Below are positions 1 through 12,600 of a DNA stretch of 64,000 nt, piece after piece. The stretch's first letter is position 1; each line of letters starts with the position of its first letter. The position numbers were made by a program, and so were the translations under genes. A model generated the notes under the pieces. That model ran no database searches. It had not been told where the DNA came from and saw nothing but the letters and a program-made list of their open reading frames with translations. Source of the DNA: Aplysia californica (lineage: Eukaryota); assembly GCF_000002075.1 (NCBI RefSeq), contig NW_004798014.1, forward strand, positions 82,076 to 146,075, in the 5' to 3' direction.

Positions 1-819
1 GGAGATAGAAAGACAGACAAATGGGAATAGTGTGTCTTTCTTTTGTGTTTTGTGCCAGCAGTGAAAACACAGCACACCACCAAACATACGCATTCCCAAT
101 GTGTTCTGTCAAGTCTTTTACTTTTACTGCCTGACTTCATCTTACACTCGCTGTCCGTTTGATGGCGGGGTTGTTTGGTTGTTGTTGTTGTTTTTTTTGT
201 GTTTTTTTTTGGAGGGGGGTGTTTTTTGGAGAGTATTTTTTTTCTTTTGTTATAATTTTAATGTAGATCTATGTGCTTTTACGCACCCATTGACACAATT
301 TAGATTATTGATTTCAGGAGGCAGGCTTCCGACCCTGCCCACCAGGGTCAACCGGGGCAGAGAGGGATAGATCTACAACATCCCAGCAGAAAAACCGCCA
401 GCAGAAAGACCGAGATACTCATTAAAATTAATGTTCTCCCCACATGAGAATCGAACTTTTGTCTCCTGCGTGTGACAGCGAATCGCCTACCGCATCAGCA
501 CAGGCACTCATCGTGTTTGATGGTGTTAAACCTAGGTGTCTAACTTCCGAAAAACAAAGCCTCTTGCAAGATAACCTTTGATTTTGATATATGTCACTCA
601 TTTTGTGTAGGCAGTTAACAACAGTTTTTGATTTGTTTTGTTTTTTCGTCACAGATTGACCCTATGATATTTATCATGCACGCCCATTTCCACAGTTTCT
701 CTTTTCTTTTCCAAAACTACACACTGGTCTCCTTTCCAATGACTATAAATACTATCATCGTACGGTCTCTGCTCGGTTAGTACTTGCTAGTACATCAACG
801 TTTCAGTTCAAGAAACACA

Positions 820-2150
820 TACGAGGGGCATACCAAAAGTTTTTTTTTTTTTAACCAGACCATGATCGAAGGAATAAGGGAAGAAAATTGGAATTTGGTA
901 CTAGCCGTAATCTTTCTCTACATGTATATAGTCGCCTCCCACAGTTGTACATTTTTTCCATAGGTGTATGATCTTGAAAAGACCTTGAGAATAGATGACC
1001 GTCTCTGTGTAATAAAAAAAACAAACAAAACAAAACAAAACAAAACAAAACAAAACCCCAGCCCTTTACCATTCTTTGACCTCATCACCACTTTCAAAAT
1101 GCCTTCCTTTTAAATCCTTTTTCAGTTTGGAGAACCAAAAAAAAGTCATACGGGGTTAAATCTGGAGAATAGGGTGGATGTGGCAAAATTTCACAGCCAC
1201 TTTCTCGCGCAGTTTCGGCAGCTTTTCTTGGAGTGTGTGCTGGCGCGTTGTCGTGAAGCAGCAAAACTCCTTTTCCGACTTTTCGTCTCTTTCCTCAACG
1301 TTTTTCTGTAATAGTCTCTCGTTATTTTTTTTTTAGCTGGATAGAATAATGGTCTCTGGTGATCGCATGTCCATTTTCAAGATAGTCTATCATAATCACT
1401 CCTTCTTGATAGCATCACTTTTCCGTTTAATGGCTGCTCCTTCGCCTTCTTTGGTGTTGGAGACAAGGGCGATTTCCACTTCATTGATGCAGATTTTGAC
1501 TCCAGCTCGTAGTGGTGGGCCCAAGTCTTATCCATGGTTACAAGTCTTTTGAAAAAAAATAGTTTCGTCCTTTTCACACAGATCAAGCAATTCTTCACAA
1601 CAATCCACACGCTGCCTTCTTTGAGGAGGTGTCATCAAACGTGGGACCCATCTCGCAGAAACCTTGGTCATATTCAAATGTTCATTTAAGATTCGTTCGA
1701 CTGATCCAATGCTGAACCCAATTTCTTTGCCCAAACTTTCGACTGTCACCCGCTTAGCAAACAACACAAGTTTCTTGATTTTCAGCACATTCTCTTCTGT
1801 TGTTACTGTCACTGGGCGACCATCACGATGGTCATCTTCAATGTCCATGAATCCGTATTGAATTTTTTACACCAAAATTTTATCCCAGCACAGTAGTTGC
1901 TTGCCTTGCAAATACAAAAACTTCATTACTGCCCATGTGTTCAATTTTCTCAATTTTAATGTTGAATTTGGAGAACAACATACCCCTATTCTTTTACAAT
2001 GCGCTGGTGTTAAAATCAGTAATCAGAATTTCCCCAAAAATTTACACGCATTCTAGGAAGATGATTGTTGGCTTTCACTTTCATCCCAAATTTCAGCTTT
2101 CTACCTTTACTCCTTTATGGTCAAGTAAAAATTATTTAGAGTTCGATCCT
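820..2150 (-). mobile_element. Degenerate mariner (DD34D) DNA transposon with frameshifted transposase
   Basis: Minus-strand fragments read ...KVSARWVPRLMT... (1528-1848), ...RLVTMDKTWAHHYE... (1377-1610), VLLLHDNAPAHT (about 1235-1267) and EILPHPPYSPDLTPYDFF (about 1140-1192). The second and third catalytic Asp codons (1250-1252, 1145-1147) are 35 codons apart, giving DD34D. The left end is TA+CGAGGGG at 820, and a degenerate inverted copy of about 858-898 lies at about 2086-2122. The right boundary is approximate. Confidence 0.92.
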
Positions 2151-2953
2151 CCAATCGAAAAGATATAGTACGTGAAGATGAAGAAGAAAGATCGGCAGCT
2201 AAGCGAAAGCTAAAAAAAAGTCGATTTTAGACGAATGTGGCATACAGGTTTCTTGAACTGAACTGTTGACATGAGCGCAATATGTAACACTTCATGTACC
2301 AGTACATTTTACAAACTTTCTTCTTCTTCTTAGCCTTTTCAGAACCCGGTTGAAGGACGATGCTTGTCGGACCTTTGTCCAATAAAACACTTGATCCCCT
2401 GCCCTTCTGCTTGCCAGAGTTGTTTCGGTTCCAAGCCAAGTTTCTATGTGCTGTTCCCATCTTTTGTCGGGATCCCACCCCCTACCCCTCCACCCGTGCG
2501 CGTCTCATCCTCCTCCCTAACTTTTTTAGCTTTGTTCCCAGAATATGTTTGTCACGTGAATAATTGCTTTTGATTCACCGTATCGAAAGTAGTTCAGTTT
2601 CAGTTTGGTCTGGGGGAATGTTGGCGTTATTGACTACCTGTTCCGTTTAGTACTACGTGTACATGTATTTTCCTTTATTTTCCGTCTCCGTGGTATTCTA
2701 CAAGTTCTTCTACAACTTTGAAGATTTCGCTTCGAAAGATTTTCATGTCTTGCTTACAATCGATGACCCGTGTTTGACATCCATTTTTATTGCGGTGGGG
2801 AATAATACAGTATAAAAGAACAAATATGTTCATGCTATATTTGCATTGTCCTTTCCAGATACATTGTCAGTTTGAGTATTGGCGTATAACGCACCCAACT
2901 TGTAGGATGTACTCTCAACATTTCAGGCACTCATTTTGCTTCTGACCAAAGTA

Positions 2954-3133
2954 CAGTTTAACACGGACAGCTCGAATTCGTTGGGACCGGCCTCGGTAGT
3001 TCAAGGGATATCTTACAAAGATAAAGACCCCCCCCCCACCCCTTCAACAACAAACAAACAATTGGAACGAAGGCACAGTTCGACGGATGCATGATCTCGA
3101 GCCTTCTGTGTTCGACCTGTCCGTGTTATACTG
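2954..3133. mobile_element. Tc1/mariner-type MITE
   Basis: TA on both sides; TIRs CAGTTTAACACGGACAGCTCGAA and TTCGACCTGTCCGTGTTATACTG. Confidence 0.8.
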
Positions 3134-3414
3134 TATACGCTTATTTAATTATGCTTGTATTTGACGAGAGATTTACTTTATATTTAACAATGCAAATATT
3201 AATTCACATTCTTTAGAATTTATGTTCCAGTATGTAATATTTATTTTGTTTCGTTATTGGGTTTTTTTTGGTTTGTTTTTTTTTTGGGGGGGGGGGGGTT
3301 AAGAATATCGCTAATCATTCATCAATAATATTGATTCTATCTCTCTCTTTTTTGTATTCGCCATCCAGATTTTCTCCAAGGAGATAACACGTTGACCTGT
3401 AGGCATACCAGAAA

Positions 3415-4587
3415 ATGGACTCTTCAAGGTTGAAGACACCCTTGCGGAGACTTCTGGCAAGCAACTCCCAAGCGTCCACTGATGATGATTCCGAGCTGTC
3501 CCCACTCGCTATCGGCATTCTCATCGGCGGATCCATCCTCTTCATCATCATCTTGATTCTTTTCATAGTGTGGCTTCTCCGAATTAACGGGAAGATTTGC
3601 AAGAAGAATAAAGCCCCAAGCAACGTACCACCACCCGTTGTCCATAATCTCGACATGGCTGGGTTTAATTTTGAACAGGAAGATGCCCTCCAGACACCTA
3701 GTAGTGGCGACGCAGCAGTGGTTAGGGAAAGAGCACAGGACACGGAACAAGAGTTGGGAAAATCACATTTCAGCGTATACATCGACAATGTCGGAACATT
3801 CAAAGATGTGGACTCTCAACCTCAGCCACAACAAGTCCGGGATTGCAACGATGACTACACTCTGGCAAACGATGTCTCAGACTCAGATGGAACTGCTGGA
3901 AACGCAAAGGTCGTTGAAAGATGGAAAACTCATGAAAGCATTCCCAACGAATACTCACTCGCAACAACGCAACAAGATGACTTATATGTCGATTTAAAAG
4001 ATGAAAGCAATACAGATTTGATTACAAAATCTACGGCTGAAGATACAGCAACGAACGAAGGAAACAATGAAAATGTATACGAAGATGTGCATCATCCGGA
4101 CGGACATCTTTACTTCGAGTTGGAGAGAGGTGGCGATAGTAAGGAAAGTGCGGTTCGTGAAAGTTTAGAGGTAAAAGACGTTCACGAAAATATACATTAT
4201 GACGTCAGCCAAGAAGTCCCGAATCTCAGACCAGAAGTCTCACGAGAGATCAGAGAGGAGAACGCAGAATCACTTGTCGGAGGCTCGGACTACTTCGTGT
4301 TGGAGAAATGTGCCGATAGTGATGACGACGACGAGACACAAAACACTCCTTCTGTAGCAGTAGCAAGCACAGACAAAGGCTCGGAGGAACACGACGAAGA
4401 TCCGAGTGCTATCTACGACAATAATGCTGACGTCAAGAAAGACCTACCAACTGTCGGGACGGAATCCCCTCAAAGCAGTCCCAAGGAGGAGACGACAAAC
4501 GCAGAGACAGAACAAAGTGACGATTCTGAGTCCGAGCAGGAAGATTTCAGTTTCAAGGATTATTCTACTGAGACAACATTCATTTGA
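3415..4587 (+). CDS. Uncharacterised single-pass transmembrane protein with long acidic, Tyr-motif-rich cytoplasmic tail (390 aa)
   Basis: 1173-nt ORF. Hydrophobic helix LAIGILIGGSILFIIILILFIVWLL followed by basic RINGKICKKNK. Ten Tyr in the tail. Polypyrimidine/AG acceptor at about 3340-3368, with in-frame stops at 3385 and 3400 before the ATG. AATAAA at 4587-4592. Confidence 0.8.
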   Translation: MDSSRLKTPLRRLLASNSQASTDDDSELSPLAIGILIGGSILFIIILILFIVWLLRINGKICKKNKAPSNVPPPVVHNLDMAGFNFEQEDALQTPSSGDAAVVRERAQDTEQELGKSHFSVYIDNVGTFKDVDSQPQPQQVRDCNDDYTLANDVSDSDGTAGNAKVVERWKTHESIPNEYSLATTQQDDLYVDLKDESNTDLITKSTAEDTATNEGNNENVYEDVHHPDGHLYFELERGGDSKESAVRESLEVKDVHENIHYDVSQEVPNLRPEVSREIREENAESLVGGSDYFVLEKCADSDDDDETQNTPSVAVASTDKGSEEHDEDPSAIYDNNADVKKDLPTVGTESPQSSPKEETTNAETEQSDDSESEQEDFSFKDYSTETTFI

Positions 4588-4716
4588 ATAAAGTTGCCAC
4601 TACAGTAGACTACAGGCGACAAACTTGAGACGACCTGCACCCGGCCCACAGAACAATTATTATTTTATATCCAGTCCACAAGAGAATGATTGGTACCCCA
4701 TCATGAGCCTTTCTTT

Positions 4717-4914
4717 TTTAGTTTTAGAAGAGGTTTTACGGAGCTTGCAACTGCATAAGGTCATAATAATGTGCGCGCCAGAAGATTAGAGGTGTTACTA
4801 GAGAGTAACAAACAAACAAACAAAAAACAAAAAAAAGAAGAAGGGGAGATAAGGACGAAAGATGTTTGATAGGAAAGAGGAAGCAAACCACACCAGAGCA
4901 CCCGCCAACCACCC
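4717..4914 (-). mobile_element. Short interspersed repeat family A (about 180-200 bp), representative copy
   Basis: Shared core gatgtttgataggaaag...agcaaaccacaccagagcacccgccaaccaccc. Other copies: 16313-16485(-), 16829-16999(-), 35061-35237(+), 35296-35435(+), 39274-39430(+), 39600-39785(+), 52122-52290(+), 54608-54783(+), 58079-58262(+), 58920-59420(-, interrupted), and partials near 9720, 43745 and 58465. Confidence 0.85.
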
Positions 4915-6416
4915 ACTGAGCATTTTTATAACCTTAGAACTTTACTCAAAAGTCAAAACATGAACTTCTTGCCTTGAAAAGAAATCAAACATTCAGCTTT
5001 GACAAATTAAGGCCTAAATTGGAATAAGAGCAAAAACTGGTATCACCCCCCCCCCCCCAAAAAAAAAAATCCAAACCCAAACCAAACCAAAACTACATGT
5101 ATATCGATTAAATCTTGCCTACTTAGTCTGTTCTTATGAGACACGGTACACCACAAAAATGTTTACACACACACACGCGCGCTCCAACACCTAATATATA
5201 CTTGTAATATACAATAGTGCCTCTTCAAATCCACCGATTCGCCAAAGGACATCCATTTTTTGTCTCCTGATAATCTATACATAATATAAAAAACATGTAT
5301 GTATTCCAGTACATGCATTCGTTTATGGTCCCTTCGCTGCTGCTTATTCCTTTGCTTCATTAGCGCAGCATTGCAAATGGTTCTGTCCTGTTCTGTCAAA
5401 TTGTTTCTCCTTTCCCTAGACTTGACTACTCTTCCCTATTACTTCTACTTCTATAATTGTATGTATTATTAAGGCGATTTACTGCTGCTTCCTCAGACTC
5501 AGAGGAAGATATTTCTGAACAACGACAGTCCGCTTGTGGCAGAGAGGTATCATTTTGCAGTTCCAATACGTCGATAAATATGTATTTATGTATGTATACA
5601 CGTATATATTATGTATGTATGTATNNNNNNNNNNNNNNNNNNNNNNNNNNNNNNNNNNNNNNNNNNNNNNNNNNNNNNNNNNNNNNNNNNNNNNNNNNNN
5701 NNNNNNNNNNNNNNNNNNNNNNNNNNNNNNNNNNNNNNNNNNNNNNNNNNNNNNNNNNNNNNNNNNNNNNNNNNNNNNNNNNNNNNNNNNNNNNNNNNNN
5801 NNNNNNNNNNNNNNNNNNNNNNNNNNNNNNNNNNNNNNNNNNNNNNNNNNNNNNNNNNNNNNNNNNNNNNNNNNNNNNNNNNNNNNNNNNNNNNNNNNNN
5901 NNNNNNNNNNNNNNNNNNNNNNNNNNNNNNNNNNNNNNNNNNNNNNNNNNNNNNNNNNNNNNNNNNNNNNNNNNNNNNNNNNNNNNNNNNNNNNNNNNNN
6001 NNNNNNNNNNNNNNNNNNNTATGGGTGAGTACATGAGAAAGAGTGAGTGTGTGTTCCTATATGAGAGANNNNNNNNNNNNNNNNNNNNNNNNNNNNNNNN
6101 NNNNNNNNNNNNNNNNNNNNNNNNNNNNNNNNNNNNNNNNNNNNNNNNNNNNNNNNNNNNNNNNNNNNNNNNNNNNNNNNNNNNNNNNNNNNNNNNNNNN
6201 NNNNNNNNNNNNNNNNNNNNNNNNNNNNNNNNNNNTTTCTGTACTCATTTTCACTCTGAAATTGTGGTGGCTGCTCCCCCCTCCTATAAGATAATCAATT
6301 CTTCAGATCATGTTTCTACTAGCATGTAGCTCAATCTTAGAGAATTACTCATCAAAATTACACTTTCAAAGTAAACTATCATTATATGTCATGTGTCACA
6401 TTTCATAAATCTGTTA

Positions 6417-6660
6417 AATGTGAGGCGTGCTAACAAAATGAGTTACTTCTCGCAATCCATGAATGGAGATGTCAGCCAAAAATCAACACAAGGGTCATAT
6501 TTGTAGACTCTAAACCAATGCCATTCTCTTCAAGTTTAACATGTCTTTTGTCATTTCATACTGATAAATTATAAAACTTCAACCTGTAAATTTCATGTTT
6601 CTATTTCCATCGGTCTAACATCTGAGAAGTAACTCATTTTGTCAGCACACTTCACAAATT
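6417..6660. mobile_element. MITE with about 35-bp TIRs
   Basis: atgtgaggcgtgctaacaaaatgagttacttctc at the left end; inverted gagaagtaactcattttgtcagcacacttcacaaat at the right end. Confidence 0.75.
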
Positions 6661-8141
6661 TGTTCTAATGAAAAAAAAAAAATCCATAAAAATACTCACC
6701 AAAATTATGCTTATTATGTGAATGTAAATTATCAGATCATTTTGGATATGTCTGTTTCAAAGACTAAAAATTGTGCTGGCAATGAAATATCACTTACTTA
6801 ATACATTGTAAGAACTATCAAAATGTCTCAAATAAAAATAAAAAAATCAAGTTTCAGGGGTGTCTTTTTTCAGCTTTTTTATTATAGGAAGAGGTTAGAG
6901 TTAGGGATACCAGAATCCTGGTGTCAGGACAGTTTGTCAAGGGAGACCTGGACCCCAGTTGGACTGTATAATATTATGTATTTAAATAAACCATATTCAA
7001 AGGTTCCAGCATCAAAATTTCTAAAATGCTCTTTTTTATGCCCCCTTTTTTAGTACAGAGATATGTTGGACTAAAGTATCTTACTTTCAAAATTTGCATA
7101 GAAGTGTAGAAAAAGGTATCTTTTGGAAACAAATGAGCTACAGGGCCAATACACAATATAAATAGATAACCCACTGTTTTAGCCCCTTAAACCCTCGAAT
7201 CTAATGCAAATAATCTTTCTTGGGTGGCTTTGCTCTATTGTTTATATAGCCTCAGGTTCCGCTAGGACCTACCTAGACAACTTTTGAGGCATTTTTTAAG
7301 CATCAAGAGCGTCAGTGAAGAATCAAAATTGTTTGTTTTCACATTTTACGCCCCACTGGGCACAAATTAGACAGTATCAGAAAAAACAAGTCAAATTCAC
7401 CTCTGGCAGGATTTGATTCCAGGACCTTTGTCTAAGAAGGTTCAAAATGAACGTAAGAAACAGTGGCCATGTCATCTATTGTCTTTCACTAAGGCCTGCA
7501 CTATAAACGTACATTTTATTAATTTTCTTAAACTTAAAGCCAACAATTTGGTCATTAATAAAACTGATCATCTCACAAAATCTGCAGTATACTGTTGTAG
7601 TATTAGGTCACCAAGAAAACATTCAAATAAAATGGACACAAGTCAGAGTAAAGGTTTAGTTATGCTGATGAACCCGGCACCCGTGTGAACCGGTGAATCG
7701 TGCATGCACATTGCAAATAATTTCCCGGGTCTCCGTAGCCTAGTTGAACAAAAACCAAAACAAACCCCAAAACCCCCCAAACAAAAAACAAAAAACCCAC
7801 CAAACAAAAACAATGACAAAAATCAAACACAAGGCACAAGATGCAAATTTGGTGCAACTTTTGAAAAAAGTATAGCACATGTATTCAAACATTTGCTTGA
7901 AGAATTTCAAAAGGATAGCTTTATTTCTTGAAAGACTTTAATTAAATATCAATAAAATATTTAAAATCCCAGCAAATGTCTTGATACTGATGTGGTAGCT
8001 GAGAAGTACTATGTACAGTTACATCCCCCATCCTGATTCGTCAGAATCGAGAGGCAGCAACAATACAGGGCAAAAAGTAATCTCCCATCTCAGCAAAACA
8101 TAAAGCGATTAAAACATCACAATACACACATAATTAAAGTA

Positions 8142-8298
8142 CAGTCGACTCCGCTCATGTTGATCTTTGGTTAAGTTGATCTTTTTCTTGGGTTCCGGCA
8201 ACTCTTATTTACAGAGATCCAAACTGTTAAGTTGAACTCCAAATGAGTTGATCCTTTATCCCCTCCCCCGATGACATCAACTCATCCGAAGTCGACTG
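8142..8298. mobile_element. Tc1/pogo-type MITE
   Basis: TA-CAGTCGACTCCG...CCGAAGTCGACTG-TA. Confidence 0.75.
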
Positions 8299-9643
8299 TA
8301 TATTAATTACATACATTACACAAGGAAATGAATGGACTATTTCTATACTATGGAAGTAGAAAAGCTCCAAAATTCAGGGAAAATACTGAAAATATCCATT
8401 CCTTAAACAAAACATAGTATAGTATGAGTGTCATTGAAGTAAGTAAATCTGTCCAGATTCATCAAAAGATATTTCATATGAAATAATTAATTAAAACAAA
8501 CATACAAAAATAACTGTCACAATCTAAGTTCAGTTTGTTCCACTTAACATAGATTACCTTAAAGACTTCCATAAAGAGCAACCAAGAACGAGACTAAAAT
8601 CATCAAAAACCTTTGATACAGACCTTCCAAACACTCTATGACCAAAATAGTTTTCCTCAAACCCCTCCCGAAAAATAGAGGTTTGGGAGAAAATAAAATC
8701 AGCCCCTCTAGAACTGACAGTGGAAAATAAACCAGTACAAATACACACAGACAGATGCAAATAAACATTGTGAATTTCCACATTATTTACAACAAGTTGG
8801 GAAACTATTGCAAACAAAAATAAATTGTATTTTCAAGAGACACAATTCAAGATAAATGAGGTACTATCTGACAGGAATACAATTTTTAAAAAAGGAACTT
8901 ATGGAAATCACATCAGGATTCTTCAGTGGGGTAATTTTATCGCAATACTTGGCAGGTTTGTTTAATAGAAGCAGAGAACAGTCTCAGTGCTACCATTCAT
9001 TATTCTTGGACACAAAATGCGGGGATGCCATCAGGTCCTTTGAGAATTGTCTGAATATTTTGCTGTTAAGTCAAAGAGAGCAGTTTCACTTACATGTAAA
9101 ACAGTAATTAATACTACGTAAAACTTTTTTTTAAAACACGCATCAATGGCAATTTCTCAAGTGTGAAACAATTACTGTAATTGCAAGAAAAGAGGCATCT
9201 CTGAAAATGAAATCTATTTTAAACTGTCCCTGGTCATTTTATGCAAGAAATATTTTGAATATATGCCAAACTGAGCTAAAAAATGTGAAACTACACGATT
9301 CTGTTAATTTTAACAAAGAATGATAAAGGATAATCATCAGAAATCAAGCAAAAAATGATCAAATTTTGCTAAATTATGCGGGGAGCATAAAACCACGGGG
9401 ACAGTTTAAATGACCATGTATTATGTTGATGCCATTAGGTTGATGACTATTATAATAAAAATAAGCTGTGACTAATTGCCTCACAGAACTGTTCAAGATA
9501 CAGCTGATCACAAATTGTTGTGAGACTCGCCTCCCCCCCCCCACCCTCACCCCCCCCACACACACTTCCCCATCCCATGTGATGCTGCCTTTTCTGTGAC
9601 CTTTTCCCAAAACACATTGTCATTCCTTGCACAACTGGTGCTT

Positions 9644-12600
9644 TTAGGAAGACGACTCCTTCTGAAACAGCATGGCCCTGCGGACAAAAAAAAAAAAGAA
9701 CTGTAAAACTATTTCTTTTTTGGTAAGTGTTTTACAGTGCTCGCAACTGCATAAAGTCATATGAGGGCGCAAGACACATTATACATTTTCATTCGGTAGG
9801 AAATTTTGAATTTTGCCAGGGTGGCGGCCAAAGCCTACTCATATTGATTTTTTACCACCAAGGGATCTTTCTTAACCTGCGCAATTTGCACACTGAGTAA
9901 AATTATGAATAGACAGAATCCCTAGGGACAAAACAAACAGAGGAAGACCAAGACCAATACTGCAGAACAAAGTGAAGGCAGACATGATCTAGAAACTGGG
10001 AGAAACTTGCCAACAGCTGTAGAAAGATGCAAAGGACAGAAGTCTTTGAAGAGGAATTATTACAGTGGAGCCTGTGCGAGATAACTGCCCATTGCTGAGG
10101 TGAAAAAGCTGTCATCTTAGACAGGTGGTCCTATTGAACAGTGTCACCATAATAAGAAAAAAACAAACAAACAAAAAACAAAAGGGGAAGTGAAAATTAA
10201 GTAGTTATTATAGAGTTGATCGTCTTCAATAAAAAAAACCCTCCACAATAAAAGGGCTCTCATCAGAATGAAAATTGAATTTTGACAACAGTACAAACAG
10301 ACTCATATGGGCCACAGCTGGCTGGAGGTAGAGAAGATCGCCTAGAATAGAGACAAGTGGGGAGAGCCTTTCTTTGTGGCCTACAAATCAATACCAGGGT
10401 GAGAGGCGCAGATGATGATGATGATGATGATGATGACAAACAAACTTATTCCCATAACACACTCACCATTCCTTGTGCCCCAATAGAAATAACACCTAAT
10501 AATAATAATAATAACAAATAGCATATGTATAGAGTGCACATCCTCGCTCAACAGCAAGCCCTATGCGCTTTACACTATATTATTATCCCAGCAGACCACA
10601 GAACTCTCAGAAACATTCTCGGCTTCCCGGGAAGCATACAGTGCAAGCAGCTGATTAAGCGCTCAAACATTAACAAACTGACAAGATCTTTCACTGTCTA
10701 TAGCTGGGTACCCTTTCCCACCTGGGTGAAATGAGGACAATTCGTGTAAAGTGCCTTTCCCAAGGACACAACGTTGGGTCCCTAATGGGATTTGAACCCA
10801 CCACCTCACGGTTGAGAGTCTGAGAGCCTAACCACTAAGCTACCAACACTACAATATACAGTGGTTAAGCACTAAGAAAAACAAAACAGATAGCACACCA
10901 AAAAGACAAAAGGAGAGGAAAGAAGTAGGACTTATCAGTAGCTTCCAGAAGAAGTTACCTACTATAACTGCTGATGATGTTGACCGAAGCTTGTGGAGGG
11001 ATATTAAAAAAAAGGCAAGAGAGAGGAGTTAGTCGACTCACCTGCCACGGGCTAGGGTAGGGTACGCAGAGAGCTCAAACGTTGACGGGAACCTCATCAG
11101 GGAGTTGATCGGAGAGGATGTCCCGCAAGAGGCCGGAGCCGCACCAGGTCGGGAAGCAGAGTCTGGGCTCGGTACTGGGGGGGGCGGGGGATCAGTGAAA
11201 AAGTTACTACAATCAAACCTGTAGTGCAGACTGGAATCAGTGAAAAAGTCGCTACAACAATCCTGCTATGCCTTTACCTGTTTTACGATTCTCGCACCAG
11301 CATAAGGTCTTATGAGTGTGCGGGACTAAGGAATTTTAGTTTGGAAGGAATCAATTTTGAATTTTGCCCGGGTTGTGACCGAAGCCTACTTAACGCAACC
11401 CAGGCTCTCCTAAACTCTATCTGTAGCACCCCACGAGTAATTTGAATTTGAGACGAGCAAGTTAAGGGGTGGACAACATCAACTATTTGGGAAAACCTTG
11501 GCTGTGAGGGACATCCCTGCAAAGAGACTGAAGTACAATAAAACGTAAAATGTTCTTCTCTAACAGGAACTGAACTCATGTCCTCTGTTGCAAAGGTAAA
11601 GAGTCTTAACACATTACACCCTAAGGGTCTGGACGGGAAGTCCATTGTTAGATCCTAAGCAAGGGGAAAGAACCCACCCCCTGTGAATATACAAGCCTTT
11701 ATAAAACACATTTTAAAAATACCAAACAAATTCCAAAAATCCGGAAAAAATAAAAGTTAAAACGAAAATTGAATGTAATTTCAGAAAAATATTACTTTAT
11801 GTATGTGCAAAACTGTTGGAAATGTTCTAACTTTAGTTCAATCCGGGTGTCCGACCCGTCACTCTCACTTTCAGCCTCGTGGTCAGGCCCTAGATCTAAA
11901 TTCTAGATTTTCTACGTCTGATCAATCTCAACCGCCCCAAACTCTTGCTACAACGTTTTCATCAAAATCTGAGTCATCTGATTTGTCATATGCTCGTTTT
12001 TGCTCAAATCCATCGCTATTTCCTTTTTCGAACTCAATTGTGTTGCTTTTCAACAAGTCGAGACACTTTCAAAGTGTCGGTAACACCATCGCACTTCGTT
12101 CGGTTCTAATACTAAAACTACTGGCCCAAAAAATTTCGATTCGGTATAAAAACGAAAGAAGAAACTTTTGCAATAATTATGCAAATCAAAATCTCGGCCC
12201 CAGAGTCACGTCAAGGCTAGACTTCGTTTCAAAAGACGCTTGGTCGGTGCGGGCGGTTCCGGGCGAGTCTGGGTGTAATGTGTTAACGTTGCACAAAACG
12301 TCACAGGGGGTGAAAAGAAAACAATAATAAATTTTCGACAACCCAGCTACTACAACTACCCACATGTAGTTCTTGCTCTCCCTCGGCCCAAGACCAGCGA
12401 ACTGTGAAAAAATGCTTGCTGAAGACGGTGTTGTGGCGTTTCCGTGGCAACCTCAGATTTCTCCTCTGACGGAAGTTGTGACAGCCGAGCAGCTTGACCA
12501 AGGGTGGTGGGTTGACGTAGTTCTGCTCCTGCTTCCACACGTCTTCTTGAACTGAACCTCTGTCCACTGACACTGAAAAGTACATTTAAAAGGCGATTTT

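Noticed and set aside
3371-3433. Alternate-frame peptide FLQGDNTLTCRHTRKWTLQG* resembling half a Sushi/CCP domain
   Set aside because: It stops at 3431-3433, is out of frame with the TM ORF and has no first half upstream. Probably chance or a uORF, though a frameshift error cannot be excluded.
3315-3803. 162-aa minus-strand ORF and other overlaps of the 390-aa CDS
   Set aside because: Antisense or alternate-frame shadows with no recognisable motifs.
5457-6329. Long ORFs containing X runs (also near 22.0, 40.1 and 61.7 kb)
   Set aside because: These are artefacts of translating N-gaps.
10770-10843. tRNA gene
   Set aside because: A/B boxes are present but the acceptor stem is not intact, and the sequence continues into a SINE body and tail.
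12301-12585. 94-aa ORF as the reading frame of the GTSF1 exon
   Set aside because: Splice phases of the flanking exons fit only the other frame (VSGQRF...LGRGRARTT).
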